From Antedon mediterranea (lineage: Eukaryota; Animalia; Echinodermata), in contig NC_092678.1 of the NCBI RefSeq assembly GCF_964355755.1, forward strand, positions 10,600,352 through 10,664,351: a DNA stretch of 64,000 nt. Direction: 5' to 3'. Below the pieces are notes generated by a model. That model saw nothing but the letters and a program-made list of their open reading frames with translations, ran no database searches and was not told the DNA's origin. Positions 27,301 through 42,800 of this stretch are shown here, in pieces. Within the stretch, counting starts at the first letter, position 1, and every line of letters begins with the position of its first letter. The position numbers and the translations under genes are program-made.

Positions 27301-30300
27301 TTGTGTGAAAAGTTTTAACGAAATGCTCAAAATGGTCTAAAACGGTTTCTAATGTGATTTTAACAACTTTGATGTTTTTGTGTAACCAAGTTTTTTCGAA
27401 AATCACAAAATGGTCTAAAACGTCTCCAAATGCGATTTGAAGCTTTTCTAAGCACTTTGGTGTTTTTATGTTAACAAGTTTTTTCGAAAATCACAAAATG
27501 GTCTAAAACGTCTCCAAATGCGATTTGAAGATATTCTGAGCACTTTGGTGTTTTTCTGTTAAAAAGTATTTTCGAAAATCACAAAATGGTCTAAAACGTC
27601 TCCAAATGCAATTTGAAGCTATTCTGTACACTTTGATGTTTTGTGTGAAAAAGTTTTGTCAAAATGCTCAAAATGGTCTAAAACGTTTTTAAAACGATAT
27701 TAAGCTATTTTGTGCTCTTTGATGTTTTTGTATAACCATGTTTTTTCGAAAATCACAAAATGGTCTAAAACGTCTCCAAATGCGATTTGAAGCTTTTCTA
27801 AACACTTTGGTGTTTTTATGTTAACAAGTTTTTTCGAAAATCACAAAATGGTCTAAAACGTCTCCAAATCCGATTTGAAGCTATTCTGTACACTTTGATG
27901 TTTTGTGTGAAAAAGTTTTGTCGAAATGCTCAAAATGGTCTAAAACGTTTTTAAAACGATATTAAGCTATTTTGTGCTCTTTGATGTTTTTGTGTAACCA
28001 AGTTTTATCGAAATGAACAAAATGGTCTAAAACGTCTCCAAATGCGATTTAAAGCTTTTCTAAGCACTTTGCTGTTTTTATGTTAACAAGTTTTTTCGAA
28101 AATCACAAAATGGTCTAAAACGTCTCCAAATGCGATTTGAAGATATTCTGAGCACTTTGGTGTTTTTATGTTAAAAAGTTTTTTTCGAAAATCACAAAAT
28201 GGTCTAAAACGTCTCCAAATGCGATTTGAAGATATTCTGAGCACTTTGGTGTTTTTATGTTAAAAAGTTTTTTCGAAAATCACAAAATGGTCTAAAACGT
28301 CTCCAAATGCGATTTGAAGCTATTCTGTACACTTTGATGTTTTGTGTGAAAAAGTTTTGTCGAAATGCTCAAAATGGTCTAAAACGTTTTTAAAACGATA
28401 TTAAGCTATTTTGTGCTCTTTGATGTGTTTGTATAACCAAGTTTTTTCGAAAATCACAAAATGGTCTAAAACGTCTCCAAATGCGATTTGAAGCTTTTCC
28501 AAGCACTTTGCTGTTTTTATGTTAACAATTTTTTTCGAAAATCATAAAATGGTCTAAAACGTCTCCAAATGCGATTTGAAGCTATTCTGTAAGCTTTGAT
28601 GTTTTGTGTGAAAAGTTTTGTCGAAATGCTCAAAATGGTCTAAAACGTTTTTAAAACGATATTAAGCTATTTTGTGCTCTTTGATGTTTTTGTGTAACCA
28701 AGTTTCATCGAAATGAACAAAATGGTCTAAAACGTCTCCAAATGCGATTTGAAGCTTTTCTAAGCACTTTGGTGTTTTTATGTTAACAAGTTTTTTCGAA
28801 AATCACAAAATGGTCTAAAACGTCTCCAAATGCGATTTGAAGCTTTTCTAAGCACTTTGGTGTTTTTATGTTAACAAGTTTTTTCGAAAATCACAAAATG
28901 GTCTAAAACGTCTCAAAATGCGATTTGAAGGTATTCTGAGCACTTTGGTGTTTTTGTGTGAAAAGTTTTAACGAAATGCTCAAAATGGTCTAAAACGGTT
29001 TCTAATGTGATTTTAACCACTTTGATGTTTTTGTGTAACCAAGTTCTTTTCGAAAATCACAAAATGGTCTAAAACGTCTCCAAATGCGATTTGAAGCTCT
29101 TCTGTACACTTTGATGTTTTGTGTGAAAAAGTTTTGTCGAAATGCTCAAAATGGTCTAAAACGTTTTTAAATACGATATTAAGCTGTTTTGTGCACTTTG
29201 ATGATTTGTGTGAAAAGTTTTAACGAAATGCTCAAAATAGTCTATAACGGTTTCTAATGTGATTTTAAGCACTTTGATGTTTTTGTGTAATCAAGTTTTT
29301 TTGGAAATCACAAAATGGTCTAAAACGTCTCCAAATGCGATTTGAAGCTTTTCTAAGCACTTTGGTGTTTTTATGTTAACAAGTTTTTTCGAAAATCACA
29401 AAATGGTCTAAAACGTCTCAAAATGCGATTTAAAGGTATTCTGAGCACTTTGGTGTTTTTGTGTGAAAAGTTTTAACGAAATGCTCAAAATGGTCTAAAA
29501 CGGTTTCTAATGTGATTTTAACCACTTTGATGTTTTTGTGTAACCAAGTTTTTTCGAAAATCACAAAATGGTCTAAAACGTCTCCAAATGCGATTTGAAG
29601 CTATTCTGTACACTTTGATGTTTTGTGTGAAAAAAGTTTTGTCGAAATGCTCAAAATGGTCTAAAACGTTTTTAAAACGATATTAAGCTATTTTATGCTC
29701 TTTGATGTTTTTGTGTAACCAAGTTTTTTCGAAAATCACAAAATTGTCTAAAACGTCTCCGAATGCGATTTGAAGCTCTTCTGTACACTTTGATGTTTTG
29801 TGTGAAAAAGTTTTCTCGGAATGCTAAAAATGGTATAAAAACGTTTTCCAATACCATATTAAGCTATTTTGTGCAATTTGATGTTTTTGTGTAACCAAGT
29901 TTTTTCGAAAATCACAAAATTGTCTAAAACGTCTCCGAATGCGATTTGAAGCTCTTCTGTACACTTTGATGTTTTGTGTGAAAAAGTTTTCTCGAAATGC
30001 TAAAAATGGTCTAAAACGTTTTCCAATACCATATTAAGCTATTTTGTGCAATTTGATGTTTTTGTGTAACAAAGTTTTTTCGAAAATCACAAAATGGTCT
30101 AAAACGTCTCCAAATGCGATTTGAAGATATTCTGAGCACTTTGGTGTTTTTATGTTAAAAAGTTTTTTGGAAAATCACAAAATGGTCTAAAACGACTCCA
30201 AATGCGATTTGAAGCTATCCTGTACACTTTGATGTTTTGTGTGAAAAAGTTTTGTCGAAATGCTCAAAATGATCTAAAACGTTTTTAAAACGATATTAAG

Positions 30301-31201
30301 CTATTTTGTGCTCTTTGATGTTTTTGTGTATCCAAGTTTCATCGAAATGAACAAAATGGTCTAAAACGTCTCCAAATGCGATTTGAAGGTATTCTGAGCA
30401 CTTTGGTGTTTTTGTGTGAAAAGTTTTAACGAAATGCTCAAAATGGTCTAAAACGGTTTCTAATGTGATTTTAACCACTTTGATGTTTTTGTGTAACCAA
30501 GTTCTTTTCGAAAATCACAAAATGGTCTAAAACGTCTCCAAATGCGATTTGAAGCTTTTCTAAGCACTTTGGTGTTTTTATGTTAAAAAGTTTTTTCGAA
30601 AATCACAAAATGGTCTAAAACGTCTCCAAATGCGATTTGAAGCTCTTCTGTACACTTTGATGTTTTGTGTGAAAAAGTTTTGTCGAAATGCTCAAAATGG
30701 TCTAAAACGTTTTTAAATACGATATTAAGCTGTTTTGTGCACTTTGATGATTTGTGTGAAAAGTTTTAACGAAATGTTCAAAATAGTCTAAAACGGTTTC
30801 TAATGTGATTTTAAGCACTTTGATGTTTTTGTGTAACCAAGTTTTTTCGGAAATCACAAAATGGTCTAAAACGTCTCAAAATGCGATTTTAAGCTTTTCT
30901 AAGCACTTTGGTGTTTTTATGTTAACAAGTTTTTTCGAAAATCACAAAATGGTCTAAAACGTCTCAAAATGCGATTGAAGGTATTCTGAGCACTTTGGTG
31001 TTTTTGTGTGAAAAGTTTTAACGAAATGCTCAAAATGGTCTAAAACGGTTCTAATGTGATTTTAAGCACTTTGATGTTTTTGTATAACCAAGTTTCGTCG
31101 AAATGCTCAAAATGATGTAAAACGTTTTTAAAACGATATTAAGCTATTTTGTGCTTTTTGATGTTTTTGTGTAACCAAGTTTTTTCGAAAATCACAAAAT
31201 G

Positions 31202-34200
31202 GTCTAAAACGTCTCCAAATGCGATTTGAAGCTTTTCTAAGCACTTTGGTGTTTTTATGTTAACAAGTTTTTTCGAAAATCACAAAATGGTCTAAAACGT
31301 CTCAAAATGCGATTTGAAGGTATTCTGAGCACTTTGGTGTTTTTGTGTGAAAAGTTTTAACGAAATGCTCAAAATGGTCTAAAACGGTTTCTAATGTGAT
31401 TTTAACCACTTTGATGTTTTTGTGTAACCAAGTTTTTTCGAAAATCACAAAATGGTCTAAAACGTCTCCAAATGCGATTTGAAGCTTTTCTAAGCACTTT
31501 GGTGTTTTTATGTTAACAAGTTTTTTCGAAAATCACAAAATGGTCTAAAACGTCTCAAATAGCGATTTGAAGCTATTCTGTACACTTTGATGTTTTGTGT
31601 TAAAAAAGTTTTGTCGAAATGCTCAAAATGGTCTAAAACGTTTTTAAAACGATATTAAGCTATTTTGTGCTCTTTGATGTTTTTGTGTAACCAAGTTTTA
31701 TCGAAATGAACAAAATGGTCTAAAACGTCTCCAAATGCGATTTGAAGCTTTTCCAAGCACTTTGCTGTTTTTATGTTAACAAGTTTTTTCGAAAATCACA
31801 AAATGGTCTAAAACATCTCCAAATGCGATTTGAAGATATTCTGAGCACTTTGGTGTTTTTATGTTAAAAAGTTTTTTCGAAAATCACAAAATGGTCTAGA
31901 ACGTCTCCAAATGCGATTTGAAGCTCTTCTGTACACTTTGATGTTTTGTGTGAAAAAGTTTTGTCAAAATGCTCAAAATGGTCTAAAACGTTTTTAAAAC
32001 GATATTAAGCTATTTTGTGCTCTTTGATGTTTTTGTATAACCAAGTTTTTTCGAAAATCACAAAATGGTCTAAAACGTCTCCAAATGCGATTTGAAGATA
32101 TTCTGAGCACTTTGGTGTTTTTATGTTAAAAAGTTTTTTCGAAAATCACAAAATGGTCTAAAACGTCTCCAAATGCGATTTGAAGATATTCTGAGCACTT
32201 TGGTGTTTTTATGTTAAAAAGTTTTTTCGAAAATCACAAAATGGTCTAAAACGTCTCCAAATGCGATTTGAAGCTATTCTATACACTTTGATGTTTTGTG
32301 TTAAAAAGTTTTGTCGAAATGCTCAAAATGGTTAAAAACGTTTTTAAAACAATATTAAGCTATTTTGTGCTCTTTGATGTTTTTGTGTAACCAAGTTTCA
32401 TCGAAATGAACAAAATGGTCTAAAACGTCTCCAAATGCGATTTGAAGCTTTTCCAAGCACTTTGCTGTTTTTATGTTAACAAGTTTTTTCGAAAATCACA
32501 AAATTGTCTAAAACGTCTCAAAATGCGATTTGAAGGTATTCTGAGCACTTTGGTGTTTTTGTGTGAAAAGTTTTAACGAAAAGCTCAAAATGGTCTAAAA
32601 CGGTTCTAATGTGATTTTAAGCACTTTGATGTTTTTGTACAACCAAGTTTCATCGAAATGCTCAAAATGGTCTAAAACGTTTTTAAAACGATATTAAGCT
32701 ATTTTGTGCTCTTTGATGTTTTTGTGTAACCAAGTTTTTTCGAAAATCACAAAATGGTCTAAAACGTCTCCAAATGCGATTTGAAGCTTTTCTAAGCACT
32801 TTGGTGTTTTTATGTTAACAAGTTTTTTCGAAAATCACAAAATGGTCTAAAACGTCTCAAAATGCGATTTGAAGGTATTCTGAGCACTTTGGTGTTTTTG
32901 TGTGAAAAGTTTTAACGAAATGCTCAAAATGGTCTAAAACGGTTTCTAATGTGATTTTAACCACTTTGATGTTTTGGTGTATCCAAGTTTTTTCGAAAAT
33001 CACAAAATGGTCTAAAACGTCTCCAAATGCGATTTGAAGCTTTTCTAAGCACTTTGGTGTTTTTATGTTAACAAGTTTTTTCGAAAATCACAAAATGGTC
33101 TAAAACGTCTCCAAATGCGATTTGAAGATATTCTGAGCACTTTGGTGTTTTTCTGTTAAAAAGTAATTTCGAAAATCACAAAATTGTCTAAAACGTCTCC
33201 AAATGCGATTTGAAGCTTTTCTAAGCACTTTGGTGTTTTTATGTTAACAAGTTTTTTCGAAAATCACAAAATGGTCTAAAACGTCTCAAAATGCGATTTG
33301 AAGGTATTCTGAGCACTTTGGTGTTTTTGTGTGAAAAGTTTTAACGAAATGCTCAAAATGGTCTAAAACGGTTTCTAATGTGATTTTAACCACTTTGATG
33401 TTTTTGTGTAACCAAGTTTTTTCGAAAATCACAAAATGGTCTAAAACGTCTCCAAATGCGATTTGAAGCTTTTCTAAGCACTTTGGTGTTTTTATGTTAA
33501 CAAGTTTTTTCGAAAATCACAAAATGGTCTAAAACGTCTCAAATAGCGATTTGAAGCAATTCTGTACACTTTGATGTTTTGTGTTAAAAAAGTTTTGTCG
33601 AAATGCTCAAAATGGTCTAAAACGTTTTTAAAACGATATTAAGCTATTTTGTGCTCTTTGATGTTTTTGTGTAACCAAGTTTTATCGAAATGAACAAAAT
33701 GGTCTAAAACGTCTCCAAATGCGATTTGAAGCTTTTCCAAGCACTTTGCTGTTTTTATGTTAACAAGTTTTTTCGAAAATCACAAAATGGTCTAAAACAT
33801 CTCCAAATGCGATTTGAAGATATTCTGAGCACTTTGGTGTTTTTATGTTAAAAAGTTTTTTCGAAAATCACAAAATGGTCTAGAACGTCTCCAAATGCGA
33901 TTTGAAGCTCTTCTGTACACTTTGATGTTTTGTGTGAAAAAGTTTTGTCAAAATGCTCAAAATGGTCTAAAACGTTTTTAAAACGATATTAAGCTATTTT
34001 GTGCTCTTTGATGTTTTTGTATAACCAAGTTTTTTCGAAAATCACAAAATGGTCTAAAACGTCTCCAAATGCGATTTGAAGATATTCTGAGCACTTTGGT
34101 GTTTTTATGTTAAAAAGTTTTTTCGAAAATCACAAAATGGTCTAAAACGTCTCCAAATGCGATTTGAAGATATTCTGAGCACTTTGGTGTTTTTATGTTA

Positions 34201-35190
34201 AAAAGTTTTTTCGAAAATCACAAAATGGTCTAAAACGTCTCCAAATGCGATTTGAAGCTATTCTATACACTTTGATGTTTTGTGTTAAAAAGTTTTGTCG
34301 AAATGCTCAAAATGGTTAAAAACGTTTTTAAAACAATATTAAGCTATTTTGTGCTCTTTGATGTTTTTGTGTAACCAAGTTTCATCGAAATGAACAAAAT
34401 GGTCTAAAACGTCTCCAAATGCGATTTGAAGCTTTTCCAAGCACTTTGCTGTTTTTATGTTAACAAGTTTTTTCGAAAATCACAAAATTGTCTAAAACGT
34501 CTCAAAATGCGATTTGAAGGTATTCTGAGCACTTTGGTGTTTTTGTGTGAAAAGTTTTAACGAAAAGCTCAAAATGGTCTAAAACGGTTCTAATGTGATT
34601 TTAAGCACTTTGATGTTTTTGTACAACCAAGTTTCATCGAAATGCTCAAAATGGTCTAAAACGTTTTTAAAACGATATTAAGCTATTTTGTGCTCTTTGA
34701 TGTTTTTGTGTAACCAAGTTTTTTCGAAAATCACAAAATGGTCTAAAACGTCTCCAAATGCGATTTGAAGCTTTTCTAAGCACTTTGGTGTTTTTATGTT
34801 AACAAGTTTTTTCGAAAATCACAAAATGGTCTAAAACGTCTCAAAATGCGATTTGAAGGTATTCTGAGCACTTTGGTGTTTTTGTGTGAAAAGTTTTAAC
34901 GAAATGCTCAAAATGGTCTAAAACGGTTTCTAATGTGATTTTAACCACTTTGATGTTTTGGTGTATCCAAGTTTTTTCGAAAATCACAAAATGGTCTAAA
35001 ACGTCTCCAAATGCGATTTGAAGCTTTTCTAAGCACTTTGGTGTTTTTATGTTAACAAGTTTTTTCGAAAATCACAAAATGGTCTAAAACGTCTCCAAAT
35101 GCGATTTGAAGATATTCTGAGCACTTTGGTGTTTTTCTGTTAAAAAGTAATTTCGAAAATCACAAAATTGTCTAAAACGTCTCCAAATGC
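31202..35190. repeat. 1984-bp tandem duplication
   Basis: Rare variants CAAATAGCG (31561/33545), GGTTAAAAACG (32331/34315) and TTTGGTGTATCC recur at +1984. Confidence 0.9.
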
Positions 35191-36850
35191 AATTTGAAGC
35201 TATTCTGTACACTTTGATGTTTTGTGTGAAAAAGTTTTGTCAAAATGCTCAAAATGGTCTAAAACGTTTTTAAAACGATATTAAGCTATTTTGTGCTCTT
35301 TGATGTTTTTGTATAACCAAGTTTTTTCGAAAATCAAAAAATCGTCTAAAACGTCTCCAAATGCGATTTGAAGCTTTTCTAAACACTTTGGTGTTTTTAT
35401 GTTAACAAGTTTTTTCGAAAATCACAAAATGGTCTAAAACGTCTCCAAATGCGATTTGAAGCTATTCTGTACACTTTGATGTTTTGTGTGAAAAAGTTTT
35501 GTCGAAATGCTCAAAATGGTCTAAAACGTTTTTAAAACGATATAAAGCTATTTTGTGCTCTTTGATGTTTTTGTGTAACCAAGTTTTTTCGAAAATCACA
35601 AAATGGTCTAAAACGTCTCCAAATGCGATTTGAAGCTTTTCTAAGCACTTTGGTGTTTTTATGTTAACAAGTTTTTTCGAAAATCACAAAATGGTCTAAA
35701 ACGTTTTAAAATGCGATTTGAAGGTATTCTGAGCACTTTGGTGTTTTTGTGTGAAAAGTTTTAACGAAATGCTCAAAATGGTCTAAAACGGTTTCTAATG
35801 TGATTTTAACCACTTTGATGTTTTTGTGTAACCAAGTTTTTTCGAAAATCACAAAATGGTCTAAAACGTCTCCAAATGCGATTTGAAGCTTTTCTAAGCA
35901 CTTTGGTGTTTTTATGTTAACAAGTTTTTTCGAAAATCACAAAATGGTCTAAAACGTCTCCAAATGCGATTTGAAGCTATTCTGTACACTTTGATGTTTT
36001 GTGTGAAAAAGTTTCTCGAAATGCTCAAAATGGTCTAAAACGTTTTCCAATACCATATTAAGCTATTTTGTGCAATTTGATGTTTTTGTGTAACCAAGTT
36101 TTTTGAAATGCGATATTAAGATATTCTGAGCACTTTGGTGTTTTTATGTTAAAAAGTTTTTTCGAAAATCACAAAATGGTCTAAAACGTCTCCAAATGCG
36201 ATTTGAAGATATTCTGAGCACTTTGGTGTTTTTATGTTAAAAAGTTTTTTCGAAAATCACAAAATGGTCTAAAACGTCTCCAAATGCGATTTGAAGCTAT
36301 TCTGTACACTTTGATGTTTTGTGTGAAAAAGTTTTGTCGAAATGCTCAAAATGGTCTAAAACGTTTTTAAAACGATATTAAGCTATTTTGTGCTCTTTGA
36401 TGTTTTTGTGTAACCAAGTTTTTTCGAAAATCACAAAATGGTCTAAAACGTCTCCAAATGCGATTTGAAGCTTTTCTAAGCACTTTGGTGTTTTTATGTT
36501 AACAAGTTTTTTTGAAAATCACAAAATGGTCTAAAACGTCTCAAAATGCGATTTGAAGGTATTCTGAGCACTTTGGTGTTTTTGTGTGAAAAGTTTTAAC
36601 GAAATGCTCAAAATGGTCTAAAACGGTTTCTAATGTGATTTTAAGCACTTTGATGTTTTTGTGTAACCAAGTTTTTTCGAAAATCACAAAATGGTCTAAA
36701 ACGTCTCCAAATGCGATTTGAAGCTATTCTGTACACTTTGATGTTTTGTGTGAAAAAAGTTTTGTCGAAATGCTCAAAATGGTCTAAAACGTTTTTAAAA
36801 CGTTATTGAGCTATTTTGTGCTCTTTGATGTTTTTGTGTAACCAAGTTTT

Positions 36851-39800
36851 ATCGAAATGAACAAAATGGTCTAAAACGTCTCCAAATGCGATTTGAAGCT
36901 TTTCCAAGCACTTTGCTGTTTTTATGTTAACAGGTTTTTTCGAAAATCACAAAATGGTCTAAAACGTCTCAAAATGCGAATTGAAGGTATTCTGAGCACT
37001 TTGGTGTTTTTGTGTGAAAAGTTTTAACGAAATGCTCAAAATTGTCTAAAACGGTTTCTAATGTGATTTTAAGCACTTTGATGTTTTTGTAAAACCAAGT
37101 TTCATCGAAATGCACAAAATGGTCTAAAATGTCTCCAAATGCGATTTTAAGCTTTTCCAAGCACTTTGCTGTTTTTATGTTAACAAGCTTTTTCGAAAAT
37201 CACAAAATGGTCTAAAACGTCTCCAAATGCGATTTGAAGATATTCTGAGCACTTTGGTGTTTTTATGTTAAAAAGTTTTTTCGAAAATCACAAAATGGTC
37301 TAAAACGTCTCCAAATGCGATTTGAAGATATTCTGAGCACTTTGGTGTTTTTATGTTAAAAAGTTTTTTCGAAAATCACAAAATGGTCTAAAACGTCTCC
37401 AAATCCGATTTGAAGCTATTCTGTACACTTTGATGTTTTGTGTGAAAAAGTTTTGTCGAAATGCTCAAAATGGTTTAAAACGTTTTTAAAACGATATTAA
37501 GCTATTTTGTGCTCTTTGATGTTTTTGTATAACCAAGTTTCATCGAAATGCACAAAATGGTCTAAAACGTCTCCAAATGCGATTTGAAGCTTTTCTAAGC
37601 ACTTTGCTGTTTTTATGTTAACAAGTTTTTTCGAAAATCACAAAATGGTCTAAAACGTCTCCAAATGCGATTTGAAGATATTCTGAGCACTTTGGTGTTT
37701 TTATGTTAAAAAGTTTTTTCGAAAATCACAAAATGGTCTAAAACGTCTCCAAATGCGATTTGAAGATATTCTGAGCACTTTGGTGTTTTTATGTTAAAAA
37801 GTTTTTTCGAAAATCACAAAATTGTCTAAAACGTCTCCAAATGCGATTTGAAGCTATTCTGTACCCTTTGATGTTTTGTGTGAAAAAGTTTTGTCGAAAT
37901 GCTCAAAATGGTCTAAAACGTTTTTAAAACGATATAAAGCTATTTTGTGCTCTTTGATGTTTTTGTGTAACCAAGTTTTTTCGAAAATCACAAAATGGTC
38001 TAAAACGTCTCCAAATGCGATTTGAAGCTTTTCTAAGCACTTTGGTGTTTTTATGTTAACAAGTTTTTTCGAAAATCACAAAATGGTCTAAAACGTTTTA
38101 AAATGCGATTTGAAGGTATTCTGAGCACTTTGGTGTTTTTGTGTGAAAAGTTTTAACGAAATGCTCAAAATGGTCTAAAACGGTTTCTAATGTGATTTTA
38201 ACCACTTTGATGTTTTTGTGTAACCAAGTTTTTTCGAAAATCACAAAATGGTCTAAAACGTCTCCAAATGCGATTTGAAGCTTTTCTAAGCACTTTGGTG
38301 TTTTTATGTTAACAAGTTTTTTCGAAAATCACAAAATGGTCTAAAACGTCTCCAAATGCGATTTGAAGCTATTCTGTACACTTTGATGTTTTGTGTGAAA
38401 AAGTTTCTCGAAATGCTCAAAATGGTCTAAAACGTTTTCCAATACCATATTAAGCTATTTTGTGCAATTTGATGTTTTTGTGTAACCAAGTTTTTTGAAA
38501 TGCGATATTAAGATATTCTGAGCACTTTGGTGTTTTTATGTTAAAAAGTTTTTTCGAAAATCACAAAATGGTCTAAAACGTCTCCAAATGCGATTTGAAG
38601 ATATTCTGAGCACTTTGGTGTTTTTATGTTAAAAAGTTTTTTCGAAAATCACAAAATGGTCTAAAACGTCTCCAAATGCGATTTGAAGCTATTCTGTACA
38701 CTTTGATGTTTTGTGTGAAAAAGTTTTGTCGAAATGCTCAAAATGGTCTAAAACGTTTTTAAAACGATATTAAGCTATTTTGTGCTCTTTGATGTTTTTG
38801 TGTAACCAAGTTTTTTCGAAAATCACGAAATGGTCTAAAACGTCTTCAAATGCGATTTGAAGCTTTTCTAAGCACTTTGGTGTTTTTATGTTAACAAGTT
38901 TTTTCGCAAATCACAAAATGGTCTAAAACGTCTCCAAATGCGATTTGAAGATATTCTGAGCACATTGGTGTTTTTATGTTAAAAAGTTTTGTCGAAATGC
39001 TCAAAATGGTCTAAAACGTTTTTAAAAAGATATTAAGCTATTTTGTCCTCTTTGATGTTTTTATGTAACCAAGTTTCATCGAAATGAACAAAATGGTCTA
39101 AAACGTCTCCAAATGCGATTTGAAGCTTTTCCAAGCACTTTGCTGTTTTTATGTTAACAAGTTTTTTCGAAAATCACAAAATGGTCTAAAACGTCTCAAA
39201 ATGCGATTTGAAGGTATTCTGAGCACTTTGGTGTTTTTGTGTGAAAAGTTTTAACGAAATGCTCAAAATGGTCTAAAACGGTTTCTAATGTGATTTTAAG
39301 CACTTTGATGTTTTTGTATAACCAAGTTTCATCGAAATTCACAAAATGGTCTAAAACGTCTCCAAATGCGATTTTAAGCTTTTCTAAGCACTTTGTTGTT
39401 TTTATGTTAACAAGGTTTTTCGAAAATCACAAAATGGTCTAAAACGTCTCCAAATGCGATTTGAAGATATTCTGAGCACTTTGGTGTTTTTATGTTAACA
39501 AGTTTTTTCGAAAATCACAAAATGGTCTAAAACGTCTCAAAATACGATATTAAGCTGTTTTGTGCACTTTGATGATTTGTGTGAAAAGTTTTAACGAAAT
39601 GCTCAAAATGGTCTAAAACGGTTTCTAATGTGATTTTAAGCACTTTGATGTTTTTATGTAGCCAAGTTTTTTCGAAAATCACAAAATGGTCAAAAACGTC
39701 TCCAAATGCGATTTGAAGCTTTTCTAAGCACTTTGGTTTTTTTATGTTAACAAGTTTTTTCGAAAATCACAAAATGGTCTAAAACGTCTTCAAATGCGAT

Positions 39801-42800
39801 TTGAAGATATTCTGAGCACTTTGGTGTTTTTCTGTTAAAAAGTATTTTCGAAAATCACAAAATGGTCTAAAACGTCTCCAAATGCGATTTGAAGCTATTC
39901 TGTACACTTTGATGTTTTGTGTGAAAAAGTTTTGTCAAAATGCTCAAAATGGTCTAAAACGTTTTTAAAACGATATTAAGCTATTTTGTGCTCTTTGATG
40001 TGTTTGTATAACCAAGTTTTTTCGAAAATCACAAAATGGTCTAAAACGTCTCCAAATGCGATTTGAAGCTTTTCCAAGCACTTTGCTGTTTTTATGTTAA
40101 CAATTTTTTTCGAAAATCATAAAATGGTCTAAAACGTCTCCAAATGCGATTTGAAGCTATTCTGTACACTTTGATGTTTTGTGTGAAAAGTTTTGTCGAA
40201 ATGCTCAAAATGGTCTAAAACGTTTTTAAAACGATATTAAGCTATTTTGTGCTCTTTGATGTTTTTGTGTAACCAAGTTTCATCGAAATGAACAAAATGG
40301 TCTAAAACGTCTCCAAATGCGATTTGAAGCTTTTCCAAGCACTTTGCTGTTTTTATGTTAACAGGTTTTTTCGAAAATCACAAAATGGTCTAAAACGTCT
40401 CAAAATGCGAATTGAAGGTATTCTGAGCACTTTGGTGTTTTTGTGTGAAAAGTTTTAACGAAATGCTCAAAATTGTCTAAAACGGTTTCTAATGTGATTT
40501 TAAGCACTTTGATGTTTTTGTAAAACCAAGTTTCATCGAAATGCACAAAATGGTCTAAAATGTCTCCAAATGCGATTTTAAGCTTTTCCAAGCACTTTGC
40601 TGTTTTTATGTTAACAAGCTTTTTCGAAAATCACAAAATGGTCTAAAACGTCTCCAAATGCGATTTGAAGATATTCTGAGCACTTTGGTGTTTTTATGTT
40701 AAAAAGTTTTTTCGAAAATCACAAAATGGTCTAAAACGTCTCCAAATGCGATTTGAAGATATTCTGAGCACTTTGGTGTTTTTATGTTAAAAAGTTTTTT
40801 CGAAAATCACAAAATGGTCTAAAACGTCTCCAAATGCGATTTGAAGCTATTCTGTACACTTTGATGTTTTGTGTGAAAAAGTTTTGTCGAAATGCTCAAA
40901 ATGGTTTAAAACGTTTTTAAAACGATATTAAGCTATTTTGTGCTCTTTGATGTTTTTGTATAACCAAGTTTCATCGAAATGCACAAAATGGTCTAAAACG
41001 TCTCCAAATGCGATTTGAAGCTTTTCTAAGCACTTTGCTGTTTTTATGTTAACAAGTTTTTTCGAAAATCACAAAATGGTCTAAAACGTCTCCAAATGCG
41101 ATTTGAAGATATTCTGAGCACTTTGGTGTTTTTATGTTAAAAAGTTTTTTCGAAAATCACAAAATGGTCTAAAACGTCTCCAAATGCGATTTGAAGATAT
41201 TCTGAGCACTTTGGTGTTTTTATGTTAAAAAGTTTTTTCGAAAATCACAAAATTGTCTAAAACGTCTCCAAATGCGATTTGAAGCTATTCTGTACCCTTT
41301 GATGTTTTGTGTGAAAAAGTTTTGTCGAAATGCTCAAAATGGTCTAAAACGTTTTTAAAACGATATAAAGCTATTTTGTGCTCTTTGATGTTTTTGTGTA
41401 ACCAAGTTTTTTCGAAAATCACAAAATGGTCTAAAACGTCTCCAAATGCGATTTGAAGCTTTTCTAAGCACTTTGGTGTTTTTATGTTAACAAGTTTTTT
41501 CGAAAATCACAAAATGGTCTAAAACGTTTTAAAATGCGATTTGAAGGTATTCTGAGCACTTTGGTGTTTTTGTGTGAAAAGTTTTAACGAAATGCTCAAA
41601 ATGGTCTAAAACGGTTTCTAATGTGATTTTAACCACTTTGATGTTTTTGTGTAACCAAGTTTTTTCGAAAATCACAAAATGGTCTAAAACGTCTCCAAAT
41701 GCGATTTGAAGCTTTTCTAAGCACTTTGGTGTTTTTATGTTAACAAGTTTTTTCGAAAATCACAAAATGGTCTAAAACGTCTCCAAATGCGATTTGAAGC
41801 TATTCTGTACACTTTGATGTTTTGTGTGAAAAAGTTTCTCGAAATGCTCAAAATGGTCTAAAACGTTTTCCAATACCATATTAAGCTATTTTGTGCAATT
41901 TGATGTTTTTGTGTAACCAAGTTTTTTGAAATGCGATATTAAGATATTCTGAGCACTTTGGTGTTTTTATGTTAAAAAGTTTTTTCGAAAATCACAAAAT
42001 GGTCTAAAACGTCTCCAAATGCGATTTGAAGATATTCTGAGCACTTTGGTGTTTTTATGTTAAAAAGTTTTTTCGAAAATCACAAAATGGTCTAAAACGT
42101 CTCCAAATGCGATTTGAAGCTATTCTGTACACTTTGATGTTTTGTGTGAAAAAGTTTTGTCGAAATGCTCAAAATGGTCTAAAACGTTTTTAAAACGATA
42201 TTAAGCTATTTTGTGCTCTTTGATGTTTTTGTGTAACCAAGTTTTTTCGAAAATCACGAAATGGTCTAAAACGTCTTCAAATGCGATTTGAAGCTTTTCT
42301 AAGCACTTTGGTGTTTTTATGTTAACAAGTTTTTTCGCAAATCACAAAATGGTCTAAAACGTCTCCAAATGCGATTTGAAGATATTCTGAGCACATTGGT
42401 GTTTTTATGTTAAAAAGTTTTGTCGAAATGCTCAAAATGGTCTAAAACGTTTTTAAAAAGATATTAAGCTATTTTGTCCTCTTTGATGTTTTTATGTAAC
42501 CAAGTTTCATCGAAATGAACAAAATGGTCTAAAACGTCTCCAAATGCGATTTGAAGCTTTTCCAAGCACTTTGCTGTTTTTATGTTAACAAGTTTTTTCG
42601 AAAATCACAAAATGGTCTAAAACGTCTCAAAATGCGATTTGAAGGTATTCTGAGCACTTTGGTGTTTTTGTGTGAAAAGTTTTAACGAAATGCTCAAAAT
42701 GGTCTAAAACGGTTTCTAATGTGATTTTAAGCACTTTGATGTTTTTGTATAACCAAGTTTCATCGAAATTCACAAAATGGTCTAAAACGTCTCCAAATGC